Shown here: piece after piece, positions 61,858 to 64,000 of the stretch | Numbering within the stretch: the stretch's first letter is position 1 | How the letters are laid out: every line of letters starts with the position of its first letter | DNA from: Candidatus Bathyarchaeota archaeon | Lineage (GTDB): Archaea; Thermoproteota; Bathyarchaeia; Bathyarchaeales; Bathycorpusculaceae | Assembly (NCBI GenBank): GCA_963826715.1 | Contig: CAWGYA010000005.1 | Location: forward strand, 32,001 to 96,000 | Length of the DNA: 64,000 bases | Direction of reading: 5' to 3' | The notes under the pieces: model-generated | Told to the model about the DNA's origin: nothing | Database searches by the model: none | What the model saw: only the letters and a program-made list of their open reading frames with translations | Translations under genes and position numbers: made by a program

Positions 61858-62468
61858 GCCTCCGCCTCCCTCCTGGTGAATTGAATGTGAGCTCTGCAAC
61901 TTGAACCGCCGTTGGTCATGTATTCTTTGAATTGCATGTCTGCATTTGGCTGAAGTCCCTTGATGACGCCTTCATCAGTGGCGCTTAGAACCTGACAGGT
62001 GAGCCCAGAGTACTTTCGGGCAAGTGCGCATTGGTCAATGATTGCCTCTGCATGAGTATCATCGAATCTTCCCATATGGAATTCTATTCCTAAAATGCGA
62101 TAGAGAATTTTAGCCGCCTTAATCAGATCTTTGGGGCTATCGCTAACTCCCAGTCTGGTACGCGTCTGCTTTCCCAAGTTTACACCAACTTCAAACAACG
62201 CTTTTCTACCCAACTCCACAGCTTTTTCGTGTCCAACCGCAGCATCTAATATTCCAACCATTCTTGCATGTGTTTGAGCCATTTCGGTTCTCATTTCTTG
62301 GATACTTAAGGGGATTTGCTGGTTTATTGGTTCGCCAGATTCTTGGGGGGCATATAAAGCAAGGAGTGTTTTGAGAGCACATGTGGTTTGCTGGGATATG
62401 TTATGAAGTTCCCTGCGGATAATATAGTTGGGTGTCCAATGCTCCAACAATAGAAGCCTTAATCCCAA
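61854..62468 (-). CDS. V4R/ATC-hydrolase-like protein
   Basis: QCALA...TCQVLSATDEGVIKGL.P...MTNGGSSC. Confidence 0.7.
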   Translation of the reverse strand: MGLRLLLLEHWTPNYIIRRELHNISQQTTCALKTLLALYAPQESGEPINQQIPLSIQEMRTEMAQTHARMVGILDAAVGHEKAVELGRKALFEVGVNLGKQTRTRLGVSDSPKDLIKAAKILYRILGIEFHMGRFDDTHAEAIIDQCALARKYSGLTCQVLSATDEGVIKGLQPNADMQFKEYMTNGGSSCRAHIQFTRREAEA

Positions 62469-62471
62469 TTT

Positions 62472-64000
62472 CTATTCACCTGGCTTTTCCACTCCGCCAA
62501 TATGTACTTCGTCTGGAGGAGCGGCACCGCCATACAGAGCGTTGAGGACTTCGGCGTATTCAGTTGAGATAAAATTGCGTTTGAGTTTAAGGTTAGGGGT
62601 TAACTCACCTTTTTCTATGCTTAGGTTATTTTCTAGAAGTGCCCATTTTTTGATTTTTTCTGGGTTAGAGAGGTGTTTATTCATTTCTTCGATAGCGTGG
62701 TCAATTGATTGAAGAGTTTGTTGGTTATAGTTTTTCTTGTCTACCCACCCGATTGCTGCGCAGTAAGGTTTAGATTCACCTACTAGTAAGGCTTCGGATA
62801 CGCCTGAAATTTCCTTTATCATACCCTCTATCTTTCCACAGTAAATGCATTTTCCATACGAGGTTTTTATGAGTTCTTTTTTACGTCCAAAAATGACAAG
62901 TCTACCTTCTGAAGTTACTTTACCAATATCGCCAGTCATTAACCAGCCATCTTTAATCGGCGATTCCAGTGATTTGTCGAAGTATCCAACGGTGACCTGT
63001 GGTCCTTTGACCATTATCTCCCCATCTTCAGCAATCTTGACCTCTGTAAAGGGCATAGGTTCCCCAACAGTACCCACCCGGTTCTTTCCTAGCCGATTCA
63101 TAGTAATCAGTGGAGCTTCAGTCATTCCATAAGCGTTATGAATTTCTATGCCGAGTTTGCGGAAGTTTTCAATAAGATTTTCATCAGAACGCGCAGAACC
63201 CGCTATAAGCTGCCTACACCTGTTTAAGCCTGCCCGCTTAAGGACAATATTCCTAAGAGTCCTTTGCATCAAACGTTTGAGGAGTTTACTCTTTGTCTTA
63301 ATGTATAGCTTTCCAAGCGGATTATTTTCTACCGCTTCCCAAATTTTTTCGTAATGACGCGGAACGGAGAAAAAGATGGTTGGTCTAACTTGAGGCAATG
63401 CTTCCTGTAATCTTTTAAAGTCCTCTAAAAAGTAAATGTCCGCTGGGGCTGGAATATAGTAAGGCGAATAAGCTGCTAGAAGTCCCTCAACTACATGCCC
63501 CATTGGCAAGAACGACAGATAGCTACATTTTTGATTTCTTGCTTGCCACGAGAGAATAGATACAGTTGATTCAGCCATATACCGAAGGTTAGCATGAGTA
63601 AAGATGGCACCTTTAGGTTTATCCGTGGTTCCCGAAGAATACCTAAGAGTTGCAATGTCCCCAAACCCAACTGGAGCCTTACCTAAAGATGCACCATCAC
63701 CTTTAGAGAGGAACTCTTCCCAAGAAACAACACCGTTTTGTACATCTATCAACGTTGGGATTCGCCAAATGGAAACTATCGGTACATTAACAGTGATTTC
63801 GTCAACACGAGACAATAAACTTGGTATACCAATGAAAAAAAGTTTGGCCCCACTAGCCTTTAAGACCTCGTTGATATCTGAAGGCGGCGTCGTGTAATAG
63901 AGCGGAACACTTACTGCACCAACAAGACCGATGGCTATGTCAATAGCCAAATATTTTGTACTGTTCAAACCTGTTAATGCCACACGGTCTCCCGCTCTAA
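62472..64000 (-). CDS. Long-chain acyl-CoA synthetase (AMP-binding), 5' end outside window
   Basis: [46 protein letters not shown]. Confidence 0.93.
   Translation of the reverse strand, partial: RAGDRVALTGLNSTKYLAIDIAIGLVGAVSVPLYYTTPPSDINEVLKASGAKLFFIGIPSLLSRVDEITVNVPIVSIWRIPTLIDVQNGVVSWEEFLSKGDGASLGKAPVGFGDIATLRYSSGTTDKPKGAIFTHANLRYMAESTVSILSWQARNQKCSYLSFLPMGHVVEGLLAAYSPYYIPAPADIYFLEDFKRLQEALPQVRPTIFFSVPRHYEKIWEAVENNPLGKLYIKTKSKLLKRLMQRTLRNIVLKRAGLNRCRQLIAGSARSDENLIENFRKLGIEIHNAYGMTEAPLITMNRLGKNRVGTVGEPMPFTEVKIAEDGEIMVKGPQVTVGYFDKSLESPIKDGWLMTGDIGKVTSEGRLVIFGRKKELIKTSYGKCIYCGKIEGMIKEISGVSEALLVGESKPYCAAIGWVDKKNYNQQTLQSIDHAIEEMNKHLSNPEKIKKWALLENNLSIEKGELTPNLKLKRNFISTEYAEVLNALYGGAAPPDEVHIGGVEKPGE

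Noticed and set aside
1866-63897. Many short ORFs in the track antisense to or nested in long genes (e.g. 2233, 12838, 14577, 17716, 51460, 52210, 62845)
   Set aside because: Shadow ORFs of well-supported genes with no recognisable motifs
1-64000. CRISPR array, tRNA, rRNA
   Set aside because: No regularly spaced repeats, cloverleaf or rRNA-like sequence seen by eye

Overview
AT-rich archaeal chromosomal window. Gene content (REC-PAS-RHD kinases, DUF835, DUF1616, DUF2206, HTH_45, PEF-CTERM-like tail) suggests Bathyarchaeia; this is inference, as no marker gene is present. From left to right it holds: (i) a signal-transduction region with small Zn-finger genes (1-12 kb); (ii) a PadR-controlled MacB/FtsX-type ABC exporter with two ATPases (12-19 kb); (iii) a surface-polysaccharide locus (19.8-40.6 kb) with a hyaluronan-synthase-like operon, gmd/fcl, GT2/GT4 genes, IS1 and GT4 relics and a frameshifted TasA-like secreted protein; (iv) a decayed stretch (40.6-44.6 kb) with vapBC, a tautomerase with an in-frame TGA and gene fragments; (v) an intact but headless siphovirus-type tail module (44.6-50.9 kb); (vi) two more PAS kinases, TspO/SOUL/fasciclin genes and an acyl-CoA ligase/V4R-like/GMC operon. 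The tail module is the main find. It has a -1 frameshift G/GT chaperone pair and a tape measure of only 193 aa, making it a candidate GTA-like or tailocin-like element or a truncated provirus. No rRNA, tRNA or CRISPR array was seen. All family calls come from motif recognition by eye; no database searches were run.
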